64,000 nt of DNA from positions 33,232,001 through 33,296,000 of the forward strand of contig NC_043004.1 of the NCBI RefSeq assembly GCF_006345805.1, read 5' to 3'. The notes below the pieces were generated by a model, which saw only the letters and a list, made by a program, of their open reading frames with translations, was not told the origin of the DNA and did not search any database. This document shows positions 24,829 through 37,185 of the stretch, piece by piece. The position numbers and the translations under genes are program-made. This stretch comes from Octopus sinensis (lineage: Eukaryota). Every line of letters begins with the position of its first letter. Position 1 is the first letter of the stretch.

Positions 24829-25246
24829 GTGCAGGAGTGGCTGTGTGGTAAGTAGCTGGCTAACCAACCACATGGTTCCAGGTTCAGTCCCACTGCGTGG
24901 CATCTTGGGCAAGTGTCTTCTGCTATAGCCCTGGGCCGACCAATGCCTTGTGAGTGGATTTGGTAGACAGAAACTGAAAGAAGCCTGTCGTATATATGTA
25001 TATATACATATATGTATGTGTGTGTGTTTTTTTGTGTCTGTGTTTGTCCCCCTAGCATTGCTTGACAACCGATGCTGGTGTGTTTACGTCCCCGTCACTT
25101 AGCGGTTCGGCAAAAGAGACCGATAGAATAAGTACTGGGCTTACAAAGAATAAGTCCCGGGGTCGATTTGCTCATCTAAAGGTGGTGCTCCAGCATGGCC
25201 ACAGTCAAATGACTGAAACAAATAAAAGAGTAAAAGAGTAAAAGAG
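24829..25246 (+). mobile_element. SINE family A, followed by (CATATA)n
   Basis: ggtgcaggagtggctgtgtggtaag...aaaagagtaaaagagtaaaagag, sitting in (TA)n. Confidence 0.9.
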
Positions 25247-25253
25247 TATATAT

Positions 25254-25382
<129 letters not shown>

Positions 25383-25515
25383 CATACGTACATACATACA
25401 TACATATATATATATATAATATATATATATATACATACATACATACATACATACATACATACGTACATACATACATACATACATATATGTATATACATAC
25501 ATATATGCATATACA

Positions 25516-25547
<32 letters not shown>

Positions 25548-25599
25548 CAAATATATATATATATATACATATACATATACATATACATACATATTTATG

Positions 25600-26060
25600 C
25601 ATAATCATCATCATCATTTAACATGTGTTTCCCATGCTGGTTGGATGGTTTGACTGGAGCTGGAGAATTGCCTGGGCTCCAAAGGGTTTGTTTTGACATA
25701 GTTTCTACAGCTGGATGCCCTCCCTGGATGCCCTGCCTGTATGCAAGGACAACCATGATTTTATTTACCTTGACATATATTCTCAAACGCAGCAATCTGC
25801 CAGAAGTCTTGGCCCCATGTCATCTCTTCTCTGAGGCCCAAAGTCTGAAAGTCATTTCTCCCCACTTGGTCCCACATCTGCCTGCTTCTACCCCTTCTAC
25901 GCAATCCCCCCCTTGTTAGAGATCAGCACTTCTTGATGCAGCCGTCCTCATCCATGTGCATCATATGACCCCCACCAGTGCGGTTTTCTCTCTTGCACAA
26001 TATATCTCATGCCTTGTACACACACTTTTTCTCTCAAGTTACTTACACTCTCTCATATCT
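25600..26060 (-). mobile_element. RTE LINE 3' end (ORF C-terminus, 3'UTR and (GAT)n tail)
   Basis: Across frameshifts LREK...VQERKxHWWGHMMHMDEDGCIKKC*SL..., like RTE RRLRWYGHVMRM; continues into ggcatccagctgtagaaac...gttaaatgatgatgat. Confidence 0.8.
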
Positions 26061-26074
26061 GTCACATGAATATA

Positions 26075-26335
26075 TATCATCATCGTCATTTAACATCTGT
26101 CACCTATGCTAGCATGGGTTGGATGGTTTGACTGGGCTGGTATGTTGGAGGGATGTGCCAGGATCCAGTCTGATTTGGCATGATTTTCTATGGCTGGATG
26201 CCATTCCTAATGCCAACCACTCTGAGAGTGTAATGAGTGCTTTTACGTGCCACCAGCACAGGTGCCATTTGTGTGACACCAGTATATGCCACGACAGCGA
26301 TTTTGCTTGGCTTGATGGGTCTTCTTCTCAAGCAT
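26075..26335 (-). mobile_element. RTE 3'UTR fragment (family C)
   Basis: catcatcgtcatttaacatctg...ggctggatgccattcctaatgccaaccactctgagagtg. Confidence 0.8.
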
Positions 26336-26714
26336 AACACACACGCACACACACACACACACGCACACACACACGCATGCACACACACACGTGTACGCAT
26401 ACACACACACACACACATACACAGTGAGAATTTACTTAAAGAAACAAAAGACAAAAATGGCCGTGTAAACAACAAACAGATGTATTACTTTAATGCTTGC
26501 GAAGTGAAAAAGACTTCAACAGAGAGGAACACAGAAATAAACAGAGAGAGAGAAACTAGAAAGAGGTTTAGTGGCTAGCGATTATATATATATATATATG
26601 TACACACATATACACATATATATATATATACACATACACACACACACATATATATATATAGAGAGAGAGATAACTAGTTTGGTAAGTGCCATCACAAATA
26701 TATTTCTTTTTTTT

Positions 26715-26928
26715 CTTTTTTTCTTTTATTTGTTCAGTTATTTGACTGCAGCCATGCTGGAGCACCGTCTTTAGTTGAGCAAATGGACCCCAGGACTTAT
26801 TCTTTGTAAGCCAAGTACTTATTCTATCAGTCTCACTTGCCGAACCGTTAAGTGACAGGGATGTAACCACACCATCATCGGTTGTCAAGCGATGTTATGG
26901 GAACAAATACAGACGCACAAACACATAC

Positions 26929-26998
<70 letters not shown>

Positions 26999-27168
26999 AT
27001 ATATACGATGGGCTTCTTTCAGTTTCCGTCTACCAAATCCACTCACAAGGCTTTGGTTGGGGCGAGGTTATAGTAGAAGACACTTGCCCAAGGTGCCATG
27101 CAGTGGGACAGAATCTGGAACCATATGGTTGGTTAGCAAACTACTTACCACACAGCCACTCCTGCACC
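26715..27168 (-). mobile_element. SINE family A
   Basis: Full-length copy. Confidence 0.9.
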
Positions 27169-27239
27169 TATACATAGATATCTTTTATTAAAGAGAGATT
27201 ACACTATAAAACTTCTTGCAAGATAGATCATTCGAACAT

Positions 27240-28150
27240 TAGGCCTCACTGAGGCAATGACTAGTGACCGAGACCTCTGGAAATAAGCTGTGCTTGAGAA
27301 GACCCAGGCAAACCAAATGAGACCCTAACCTGTGGCCTATGCCAGGGGTGTAACCAGCATACCTTTCCCTCATTGGACACTAAGCTCTGCTTGTGAAGAC
27401 CTGTTGAGGCAAGTGAAATCAAAATCGAAATCAAATTCGGTGACAGCATCACATGACTGGCATCTGTGCTAGTGGAGCGCTAAGAGCACCATCCGAGTGT
27501 GATTGTTGCCAGAGCAGCTGACTGGCTTCCATGCTGGTGGCACATAAAAAGCACCATTCAAGTGTGATCATTACCAGCGCCACCTTACTGGCACTTATGC
27601 TGGTGGCACTCAAAAAAATACTTGAGTGAGGTCATTGCCCATGCCATTGGACTGGCTCCTGTGCAGGTGGCATGTAAAAACATCATTTGAGCGTGGCCAT
27701 TGCCAGTACCGCCTGACTGGCCCTCGTGCCAGTGGCATGTAAAAGAACCCATTACACTCTTGGAGTGGTTGGCGTTAGGAAGAGCATCTAGCTGTAGAAA
27801 ATCTGCCAGACCAGATTGAAGGTGGCGAGCTGGCAGAAACATTAGCATGCTGGGCAAATTACTTAGTGGTATTTCATCTGCCATTACGTTCTAAGTTCAA
27901 ATTCCGCCAAGGTCGATTTTGCCTCTCATCATTTCGGGGACGATAAATTAAGTACCAGTTATGCACTGGGGTTGATGTAATCGACTAAAATCCGTTTCTC
28001 TGTCCTTGTTTATCCCCTCTATGTTTAGCTCCTTGTAGGCAATAAAGAAATAAGAAATAAGATCAGAAATAAGATCATCTTGTTCCCCAGTCCTCAGTCA
28101 AATCGTTCAACCCATGCCAGCATGGAAAGTGGGCGTTAAATGATGATGAT
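27240..28150 (+). mobile_element. RTE LINE 3' end with VNTR-containing 3'UTR, interrupted by SINE B
   Basis: GLTEAMTSDRDLWK*AVLEKT (RTE C-terminus), about five ~60-bp units, SINE B at 27820-28061, then cccatgccagcatggaaagtgggcgttaaatgatgatgat. Confidence 0.85.
27820..28061 (+). mobile_element. SINE family B monomer
   Basis: ggcgagctggcagaaac (A-box-like) ... aagttcaaattcc (B box) ... (aaataag)n tail. Confidence 0.9.
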
Positions 28151-28196
28151 GATATCATTATATATATGATGATGATATCATCATATATACACACAC

Positions 28197-28229
<33 letters not shown>

Positions 28230-28246
28230 TACGCACACACACACAC

Positions 28247-28290
<44 letters not shown>

Positions 28291-28309
28291 TACATACATA
28301 CATCATCAT

Positions 28310-28640
28310 CCTCATCATTATTGTCATTTAACATCTGCTTTCCATGCTGGCATGGGTTGGACGATTTGACCGAGGACTGGCAAACCAGATGGCTGCACCA
28401 GTCTCCAATCTGATCAGGCAGAGTTTCCACAGCTGGATGCCCTTCCTAATGCCAACCACTCTGAGAGTGTAGTGGGTGCTTTTATGTACCACCAGTACGA
28501 AGGCCAGTCGGGCAGTACTGGCATCGGCCATGCTCAAATCGTTTTTTTTATGTGTCACCTGCACAGGAGTCAGTTGTCAACGATCACCCTTGAATGGTGC
28601 CTTTTACGTCCCACTTGCACGGGTGCCAATCAAGCCAATA
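28310..28640 (-). mobile_element. RTE 3'UTR fragment (family C)
   Basis: Tail faces the tail of the 27240-28150 copy across a microsatellite. Confidence 0.8.
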
Positions 28641-28677
28641 TATATATATATGTAAACATGTATATATTATATGTATC

Positions 28678-28855
28678 CATAAATTCCTTCAAAATGATCG
28701 ACCAGAATATGTAAAATAAACCCAAATATCTAATATGTTGTGCATTCAGTACTGAATACCCCAAAATGGGGATATTTTTTATTCATAGATAATTGTAGAT
28801 TTTCAGAGGTTTAGATGAGTGAGTTTGAATTTGATTTCTATTCCTTCCTGTTCCT
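28678..28855 (+). repeat. ~180-bp dispersed direct repeat (second copy 37858-38035)
   Basis: aaattccttcaaaatgatc.accagaatatgtaaaataaaccc...ttctattccttcctgttcc; few differences by eye. Confidence 0.85.
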
Positions 28856-28857
28856 TC

Positions 28858-28920
<63 letters not shown>

Positions 28921-30187
28921 TAAATGCATACAAACATACATACATGCATACTTGCGCATACATATAAACCTACCTACATATATGCATACATACATACATA
29001 TGCACATACATACATACATACATACATACATACAAACATACATACAAACATACATATACACATACATTCACACATACATACATACATACATACATACATA
29101 CATACATACATACACACATACATACATACATACATACATACATACATACATACATACATACACACATTCATTCATACATACATACATACATACATACATT
29201 CATACATACATAAACACACACACACATACAAACACACACATACATACACACACGTACATACATACACACACATACATACATACATACATACACACACATA
29301 CACACATACATACATACATACATACATACACACACACACTTACATACATACACACATACATAATTTTATTACAGAAGTCAGAGAAAATTCTCTGAAATAA
29401 GAATAAACTCAAGTGACAGGTTGTAAATGTTGGGGAAATTGATTGATATTTTGAAATATTTTCAAAACATTTTGTCATATTTGTACTTGCAAAGTTCAAT
29501 TCTTATTTCTAATGATTTAGTAGCATTGTGGTGTCTCCTTTACTAATTAATGTCACAAAGACACAAGAAGAAGCTCAACAAATGAAAAATATTATGGAAA
29601 ATGGCAGAAAGATTTATAACCAATTCTCTCTCTTCTTTTCGTTATTTTATTTTTTCTTGTTTGTAAATAATTTATCAGGTTTATTTTAACTAAAATAGTT
29701 TTGGACACAAAAGAATAATTAGAAATTAACAATTCAAACATATGATTAGAAAAAAAAATGGCAAAAAACATAAAAGTGAAAAGTCAACAATATAATGGGA
29801 CTGACCATTTAACCATGACGCTATTATGACATTTTGTTATGAATATCTTATGGAGAGTTAATATCAGGCACATATTTTATGAAATGATGGGGAAAAAAGA
29901 AGAATAAAAGAAAAAAAGACTTGATCTTAACCATCAAGAAATTGCTTAAGGAAGAAAATGGTTATTCACATCTGATTGAAAACAAGATACATAAACATTA
30001 AAAATACCTGTTTAAGGTAGTTAGATATATCGTAAATATCATTTAGTGCAACCCTGATGGTGAAAATTTAAGAAATTTGCTAGACAACAAATAAAAATGA
30101 AGCTAAAAAGTAAATACTTCTAAATAGTTTAAGAAAGAGAGAAGTTTTTAGGGATGCAGATTGTTTTCATCATTGAAGGTAGATAAT

Positions 30188-32078
30188 AGGCATAGGAGTG
30201 GGTGTGTGGTAAGTAACTTTCTTACCAACCACATGGTTCCAGGTTCAGTCCCACTGCATGGCACCTTGGGCAAGTGTCTTCTACTATAGCCTCGGGCCGA
30301 CCAAAGCTTTGTGAGTGGATTTGGTGAGCAGAAACTGAAAGAAGCCCGTCGTATATATGTATATATATATACGCGAGAAAGAAGCAACAAGAATGGATAG
30401 GTTTTTAGTACAATCGTTTCATACAAGGACAGGCTTTATTAAAAGTTGTAAAAATTACAGCATATAAACGTGTCCCGTACTCATCAGCTAAAATACATGT
30501 GAGTTCTCTAGACATCCTAGTGGTTGAGGCTATACTCATGAAGTAATGTAGATAATTAAGTAACATAAACAGATTTCCAAAGTTCATTAAAGTTCTTTAA
30601 AGATGATGTACAGTCTTATCACAGAATTTTAAAAAAGTTCTAATAGCATCACAGAGAAGGTGACCTAATCCATAGAGCACATATGAATTTCCAGAGATAT
30701 GATGAGGGATTACATACTCACAGAAGACAAATTTATCCATTGTTAATCACAACGAGGTGGGTCTCAATTCCTGCTTATTAGCATTACAGAGAGGGTGAAT
30801 TAATCCTTTGTATAGATGCACAATTTCCAATGGTGTAGATGTAAGTTTCCAGAGAAATGAAGAGGAATTTCATATTCACAGGCGATAAATTTCCCTTCTT
30901 TCCCTATTTCTTTCTCTTTTCTCTTTTTTCTGTTTCTTCTTCTTATTCTCTTTTTCCTTTTCTCTTCTCTTTTAGTCCCCTTCCTCCTCCCTTTTTTTGC
31001 TCCCTCCTCCCTTATTTCCTCTCTTTTCTTCTATTCCCTTCCCTTTCTATTCTTGGCCTCTCCAGAAGGCCCTTCAGCCTTTATAAGTTAAATAGCTACA
31101 GCCTCTTGTAAATAGCAGTAATGTGATTAATGTGGCAAATACCTAATCATATAACAAGAATTGATACCTACCTCATTGTGTTCAACCATTGATAAATTTA
31201 TCGCCTGTGAATATGAAATTCCTCTTCATTTCTCTGGGAACTTACATCTACACCATTGGAAATTGTGCATCTATACAAAGGATTAATTCACCCTCTCTGT
31301 AATGCTAATAAGCAGGAATTGAGACCCACCTCGTTGTGATTAACAATGGATAAATTTGTCTTCTGTGAGTATGTAATCCCTCATCATATCTCTGGAAATT
31401 CATATGTGCTCTATGGATTAGGTCACCTTCTCTGTGATGCTATTAGAACTTTTTTAAAATTCTGTGATAAGACTGTACATCATCTTTAAAGAACTTTAAT
31501 GAACTTTGGAAATCTGTTTATGTTACTTAATTATCTACATTACTTCATGAGTATAGCCTCAACCACTAGGATGTCTAGAGAACTCACATGTATTTTAGCT
31601 GATGAGTACGGGACACGTTTATATGCTGTAATTTTTACAACTTTTAATAAAGCCTGTCCTTGTATGAAACGATTGTACTAAAAACCTATCCATTCTTGTT
31701 GCTTCTTTCTCGCTTATAATCACCCCACATTACTGTATTGTTAAAACAGTATAGTTTTTTTTGGTGCATCTAAGTTAGGTACCATATTCAAGTAAATTCA
31801 TTTAAATTAACTTGAATCTTTATTGCTTTTTGTATATATATATATATACGAGTGTGTATATGTTTGTGGTGTGTCTGTGTTTGTCTCCCCAAAATTGCTT
31901 GACAACCGATGCTGGTGTGTTTACGTCCCTGTAACTTAGTGGTTCGGCAAGAGAGACCGATAGAATTAGTACTCGGCTTACAAAGTATAAGTCCTGGGGT
32001 CGATTTGCTCGGCTAAAAGGTGGTGCTTCAGCATGGCCACAGTCAAATGACTGAAACAAGTAAAAGAGTAAAAGAGTA
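30188..32078 (+). mobile_element. SINE family A split by a ~1.46-kb insert
   Basis: Head half 30188-30371 and tail half ~31830-32078. Confidence 0.75.
30373..31713. repeat. 520-bp near-perfect inverted repeat with 301-bp spacer
   Basis: Arms 30373-30892 and 31194-31713; the ORF track shows the identical 60-aa ORF on opposite strands; one mismatch seen (gtttccag versus gttcccag). Confidence 0.95.
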
Positions 32079-32404
32079 TATGGTACTTGTGCAGCCATTG
32101 GGGGTACCAAATCAGGAGTCAGCTGGGTAGAAGCTACCCTTCTTCATGTGTTACTAATATTAAGGTTTGAATTTGGATCTGTAAATTGACATATTGCTTC
32201 ACAATTTTTTGGAGATAATTTTACAAAACAGGAACCATAGGGAGGGTAGGCCACAGAGTGGAATGTTCCAGAGATGAACAGAACACATCACTGGAAGCAA
32301 GCTAAGAACTACCAAAGAGTCTGCCATTCTGTTCACTGAAATTACCAACATGTTTGAATTGCAACCTGAAGCTACCAATAAGTGGCTCTGTATAACCTCC
32401 ATGA

Positions 32405-32727
32405 AGGCATGTAGCTTAGTGGTTAGAGTATTCAGCTCACAATTGTAAGATTGTGAGTTCAATTCCCAGTGATACATTGAGCCCTTGAGCAAGATACTTA
32501 TTTCACTTTGCTCCAGTTCATTCAGCCGGCAAAAATGAGTTGTACCTGTAATCCAAAAGGGCCAGCTTTGTCTCACTCTGTGTTACACTGTCTCTCCCTG
32601 ACAACTACAATAAGGGTACACATGTCTGTGGAGCGCTCAGCCACTTGCACGTTAATTTCATGAGCAGGCTGTTCTGTTGATCAGATCAACAGGAACCCTC
32701 ATCGTTATAACTAACAAAGTACCAGTT
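32405..32727 (+). mobile_element. SINE family E (tRNA-like head, CORE-like ttgagcaagatactt)
   Basis: TAGCTTAGTGG A box and GAGTTCAATTCC B box; 3' body shared with family F. An inverted partial 3' body follows at ~32745-32787. Confidence 0.8.
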
Positions 32728-32845
32728 TAATCATTAAGACAACATGTGTACCCTTAATGTAGTTCTCAGGGAGATTCAGTGTGAAGGTTCAGTTGTGTAA
32801 AGCTCTGAGTTTAAATGATACAATGAATTGTTAAATATCAATGTA

Positions 32846-33000
32846 GGTGCAGTGTGGCTGTGTGGTAAGAAGTTTGCATTCCAACCACTTACCTTTGGGT
32901 TCAGTCCCACTGTGTAGTAAGTTAGGCAAGTGTCTTCTGCTATAACCCTAGGCTGACCTAAACGTTGTAAGTGGGTTTGGTAGATAAACTTAAGGAAACT
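32846..33000 (+). mobile_element. SINE family A head fragment
   Basis: aggtgcagtgtggctgtgtggtaag...ggttcagtcccac. Confidence 0.75.
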
Positions 33001-33205
33001 CTTGTCTGTCTGTCTGTCTGTCTGTCCATCCATCTGTCCATTCATCCATCCATCCATCCATCCATCCATCCATCCTCTATCTATCTGTGTGTGTGTATGT
33101 ATGCATATGAGTATATATATATATATATTTACTCTTATTATTATATTACTATATATATATATATATATATATTATATTAGAAGGTTTTAAGATGATGTAC
33201 AGGTA

Positions 33206-33323
33206 TTTGGATTAACTTTATATATATATCATCATCATCATCGTCGTTTAACGTCCGTTCTCCAACGGACGTTAAACGACGATGATGATGATGATATATA
33301 TATATATATATAGTTAATCCAAA
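33206..33323. repeat. Hairpin with 40-bp perfect stem and 4-nt loop
   Basis: 33220-33259 is the exact reverse complement of 33264-33303 (loop ctcc); outer arms tttggattaact/agttaatccaaa. Confidence 0.95.
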
Positions 33324-33495
33324 CATGAAAACACAAAGAGAAAACTCAACAACGCGAGGACGTGGAACAAGTATAGTGCTATTGGACACTCAGGAAAGGA
33401 AAGAAAGAAGGAGGGTTTAATGTTTCGAGCGGAGCTCTTCATCAGAAACATAGGAAAAGGAAAGATCCAACAATACACATGTGGTCACATTTTGA
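33312..33495 (-). mobile_element. Putative PLE terminal fragment (family H2) with hammerhead motif at 33415-33449
   Basis: Minus strand: gttt-CTGATGA-a-gagc-tcc-gctc-GAAA-CATT-aaac; homologous to 57891-58100; sits in (TA)n. Confidence 0.75.
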
Positions 33496-33568
33496 TATAT
33501 ATATATAAATATATATATATACACACACACATATATCTATATATACGTATATCTATATATACATATAC

Positions 33569-33617
<49 letters not shown>

Positions 33618-34029
33618 ATGTACATCATCATCATCATCTCATGATCAAAGGCATTCATAAACTGAGGTACTACTATATTAAATGAATATGAGAAAGACAG
33701 GAGATAAAGCACGGTTTATTTGTGATCAGAGTTGTTTGAAAACCGAGGTACACATATATACATGTGTGTGTCTGTGTGTGTTTTATAGTCTCCTTGTTTT
33801 GGTCTTGTTTGATAATTGTGAACGAGCGTCACCATCACAAAAGTGGGGTCCAGTCTTCTACGGAAAACGTGTCTGGTCATTGAAAGCTATTACCTTGCTT
33901 GGCAACAGGTGAGAATTGGTGACAGGAAGATAAACTCATTCAATCGTTCGGTATAAGAATTGCAGAATTTGTAAATATGTTGGAAACTATCCTTTGAGTC
34001 ACACTGGCAGAAGAACAGTTCCTAAATAT

Positions 34030-34537
34030 TGATTTCAAACTTTGGTATGAGACCAGTAATTTCAGTGGAGGGGGATAAATTATTTTATTGATCCTGAAAT
34101 GATGAAAGGCTAAGTCGATCTCAGTGGAATTTGAACACAGAATGTGAAGACAAAGGAAATGCCACAATGCAGTTTCGCCAGAGTGGTAATGATTTCACCA
34201 ACTCGCTGCCTTATATTTCCTAAATACTGATTTCAAATTTTAGCACAGAGCCAGCAATTTCAAGGAAGAAGGTAAGTTAATTACGTCAATTCCAGTACAC
34301 AACTGGTACTTATTTTATCGACCCCAAAAGGATGAAACACAAAGCCAACTTCAGGGGAATTTGAACTCAGAACATAAAGTCAGACAGAATGCCACAATGT
34401 ATTTTCCCCAGTGTACAAACGATTCTGCCAGCTCACCACCTTAATAACAACAGCAACAACAATAACAACAACAACAACAACAACAACAACAGCAGCAGCA
34501 GCAGCAGCAACAACAACAACAGCAGCAGTAACAACAA

Positions 34538-34579
<42 letters not shown>

Positions 34580-34815
34580 TAATAATAATAACGATAATAA
34601 TCCTTTCTGCTAAAGGTACAAGGCCTGAAATTTGTGGGGAGGGGACTAGCTGATTACATCAACCCTAGTATTTCACTGGTACTTATTTAAGTGAGCCTTA
34701 AAGGATGAAAGGCAAAGTCGACCTTGATGAAGTTTGAACCAAGAATGAGAAGATGGATGAAATGCCTCCAAGCATTTTACCTGGCATGCTAATGATTTTG
34801 CCAGCTCATTGCCTG
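34030..34815 (-). mobile_element. Three old SINE B2 copies in series, (AAC)n between the second and third
   Basis: ggatgaaaggcaaagtcgac-like, tttgaac and gccagctc segments recur at 34030-34212, 34225-34442 and 34597-34815. Confidence 0.75.
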
Positions 34816-35427
34816 ATAGTTGCTAAATATTAATTATCATTTGATAGAGAATGGTCTTGCTTATTTGGACTCAGTGTTTCATTTTTTGTTGTTGACTGAA
34901 ACAAACGTTTCTCATAAAAACCTATTTGCTAAATTTGATAACCAATCTGTGGCAGGTCAACTATTTATTGCAGGCATTTGAATGTCTTCAAGCAGAGAAT
35001 TTCTGATTCTTACATTCTAAGGCAGATTTCCCTTTTGGTTCATGATCAAGGATGGGCTGATTAAAGTTATGAGATAATAACAGAGGCAAGCAAAACTCTG
35101 TGCCATGCTCATTGCTGTAAATCATACCCACATTTCACATGCATCTACGCACAAATGATAGCTGTGCAGTGATGCTACAAGGAGCAATGCGTTAAATGGA
35201 ATATATACTAATGATGCTTATCACCATGCAAAACTGTATTAAGCATGAAATGAGCAGAATCAATTTCAGGCATTTAATCTATTTGTATTGTATTTCTAGA
35301 AGAATTTCTGGAAGATATTGGAATTATTGGACTATCTCATCTCTTCCAAATATCTGTCATATTTGTGCATACAAAAATTATAACATGTACACATATGAAT
35401 ATGTATATATATATGCGCGTGCGCATG

Positions 35428-35508
<81 letters not shown>

Positions 35509-36344
35509 ACATACATATGTACATAAACACACGCACTTCTACACAAATGTGTGTGTGTGTATACATATTTATTACTATCTGCAGTTCTGAAATTCTGGTT
35601 GTGTGCGATATTAATGTGAGTTTGAAAATATGTGTTTAAAAATATAAAATGCATAAATGAATACAAGTTGTTTAGATATATTTTAATATTTGCATTTAGT
35701 TGCTATATATGTAATAATTTAGAAGCAACAGATAAACAGGAAAATGAAGATTTTATTAAAAACTATATGGAATTGGTAAAAACAGAAAAAAGAATATCAA
35801 ATAAAGAATTGGGAATGGCTAGTTTGGAAAAATTATGTAGAAATCATTTCCGGTTCTTGAATGTTTATACAGAAAAATGACAGCTTTATGTGTATGTGTG
35901 TAATATCGGAATATTATTTTGTGTAAATATTGCCTGATTTAAATATGCATTGTATTCTAAGAAAACGATAGCAGATATTTTATGCAAGTGATAAGTGACA
36001 ATTTTAAGTCCTACAAGATAAATTATTCTCTGAGTTATAGAATTTCCTTTAAACCATTCTTTTATTTGTCCAGGAATATTATATCATCAGTAAATATGGT
36101 GAAAAATTTAAATGTCTCCTTAGTGCCAGTAGAGTGGAGGTGGGGGGAGTCTCAGAGTCAATCCTTAGTTCTGGTGTCATGGCATGAATCATTTGTGAAA
36201 TAAATCTCCTTTTGGCTACGATGCCATTCTACTGTACCTGCCTAAATGATCAGGTACTTTTCCTCCTCCAACAGACAGGTGAACAGGAGAATTATAAAAG
36301 ACACGACATAACAGCTAGGGCAGATTTGAGCTGATATGTACTGA

Positions 36345-36765
36345 TCTCTTGTGGAGGGAACCAGTGGGAGTGTTAGACCAAAGAAGACATGGAACGAAGT
36401 GGTGAAGCATGATCTTTGGATGCTGGGTCACATGGAGACAATGACAGGTGTTTGAGATCTTTGGTGATTTACTGTGCTTGAGAAGATTTGTCAAAGCATA
36501 TTCGTGGCTGGTGTCAGTGACACATAAAAGGCACCCATGCTGATGACGTATGGAAAGAAACCCACTACACTCTTGGAGTGGTTGGCATTAGGAAGAGCAT
36601 CAAGCCATAGAACCTAAACCAAATCAGACTGGAGGCTGGTGCAGGTCTCCGACTTACCAGTTCCAGGCAAACCACCTAACTCATACCAGCATGGAAAACA
36701 AGCGCTAAACGATGATGATGATGACGACAACGACGATGATGACGATAATGATGATGATGATGATT
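36345..36765 (+). mobile_element. RTE LINE 3' end with short 3'UTR
   Basis: VEGTSGSVRPKKTWNEVVKHDLWMLG...AVLEK-like C-terminus, then the family C tail ending gctaaacgatgatgat. Confidence 0.8.
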
Positions 36766-36768
36766 CTA

Positions 36769-37185
36769 TAAGGCAGCGAGCTGGCAGAAACGTTAGCACG
36801 CCAGGCGAAATGCTTAGCAGTATTTTGTCTGCCGTTACGTTCTAAGTTCAAATTCTGCTGAGGTCGACTTTGCCTTTCATCTTTTGGGGTCGATTAAATA
36901 AGTACCAGTTATGCACTGGGGTCAATATAATCGACTTAATCCGTTTGTCTGTACTTGTTTGTCCTCTCTGTGTTTAGTCCCTTGTGGGTAGTAAAGAAAT
37001 AGGTATTTCGTCTGCCGTTACGTTCTAAGTTCAAATTCCGACAAGGTCGACTTTGCCTTTCATCCTCTCGGGATTGATTAAATAAGTACCAGTTACACAC
37101 TGGGGTCGATGTAATCGACTTAATCCGTTTGTCTGTCCTTGTTTGTCCTCTCTGTGTTTAGCCCCTTGTGGGTAGTAAAAAATAG
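36769..37185 (+). mobile_element. SINE family B dimer with 15-bp TSD
   Basis: Junction aaagaaatag|gtatttcg at 37002/3; atgatgatgattcta on both sides of the dimer. Confidence 0.9.

Noticed and set aside
30372-31714. Calling the 520-bp inverted repeat a bona fide TIR transposon
   Set aside because: The terminal base is mismatched and the SINE halves do not rejoin cleanly, so it is reported only as an inverted duplication.
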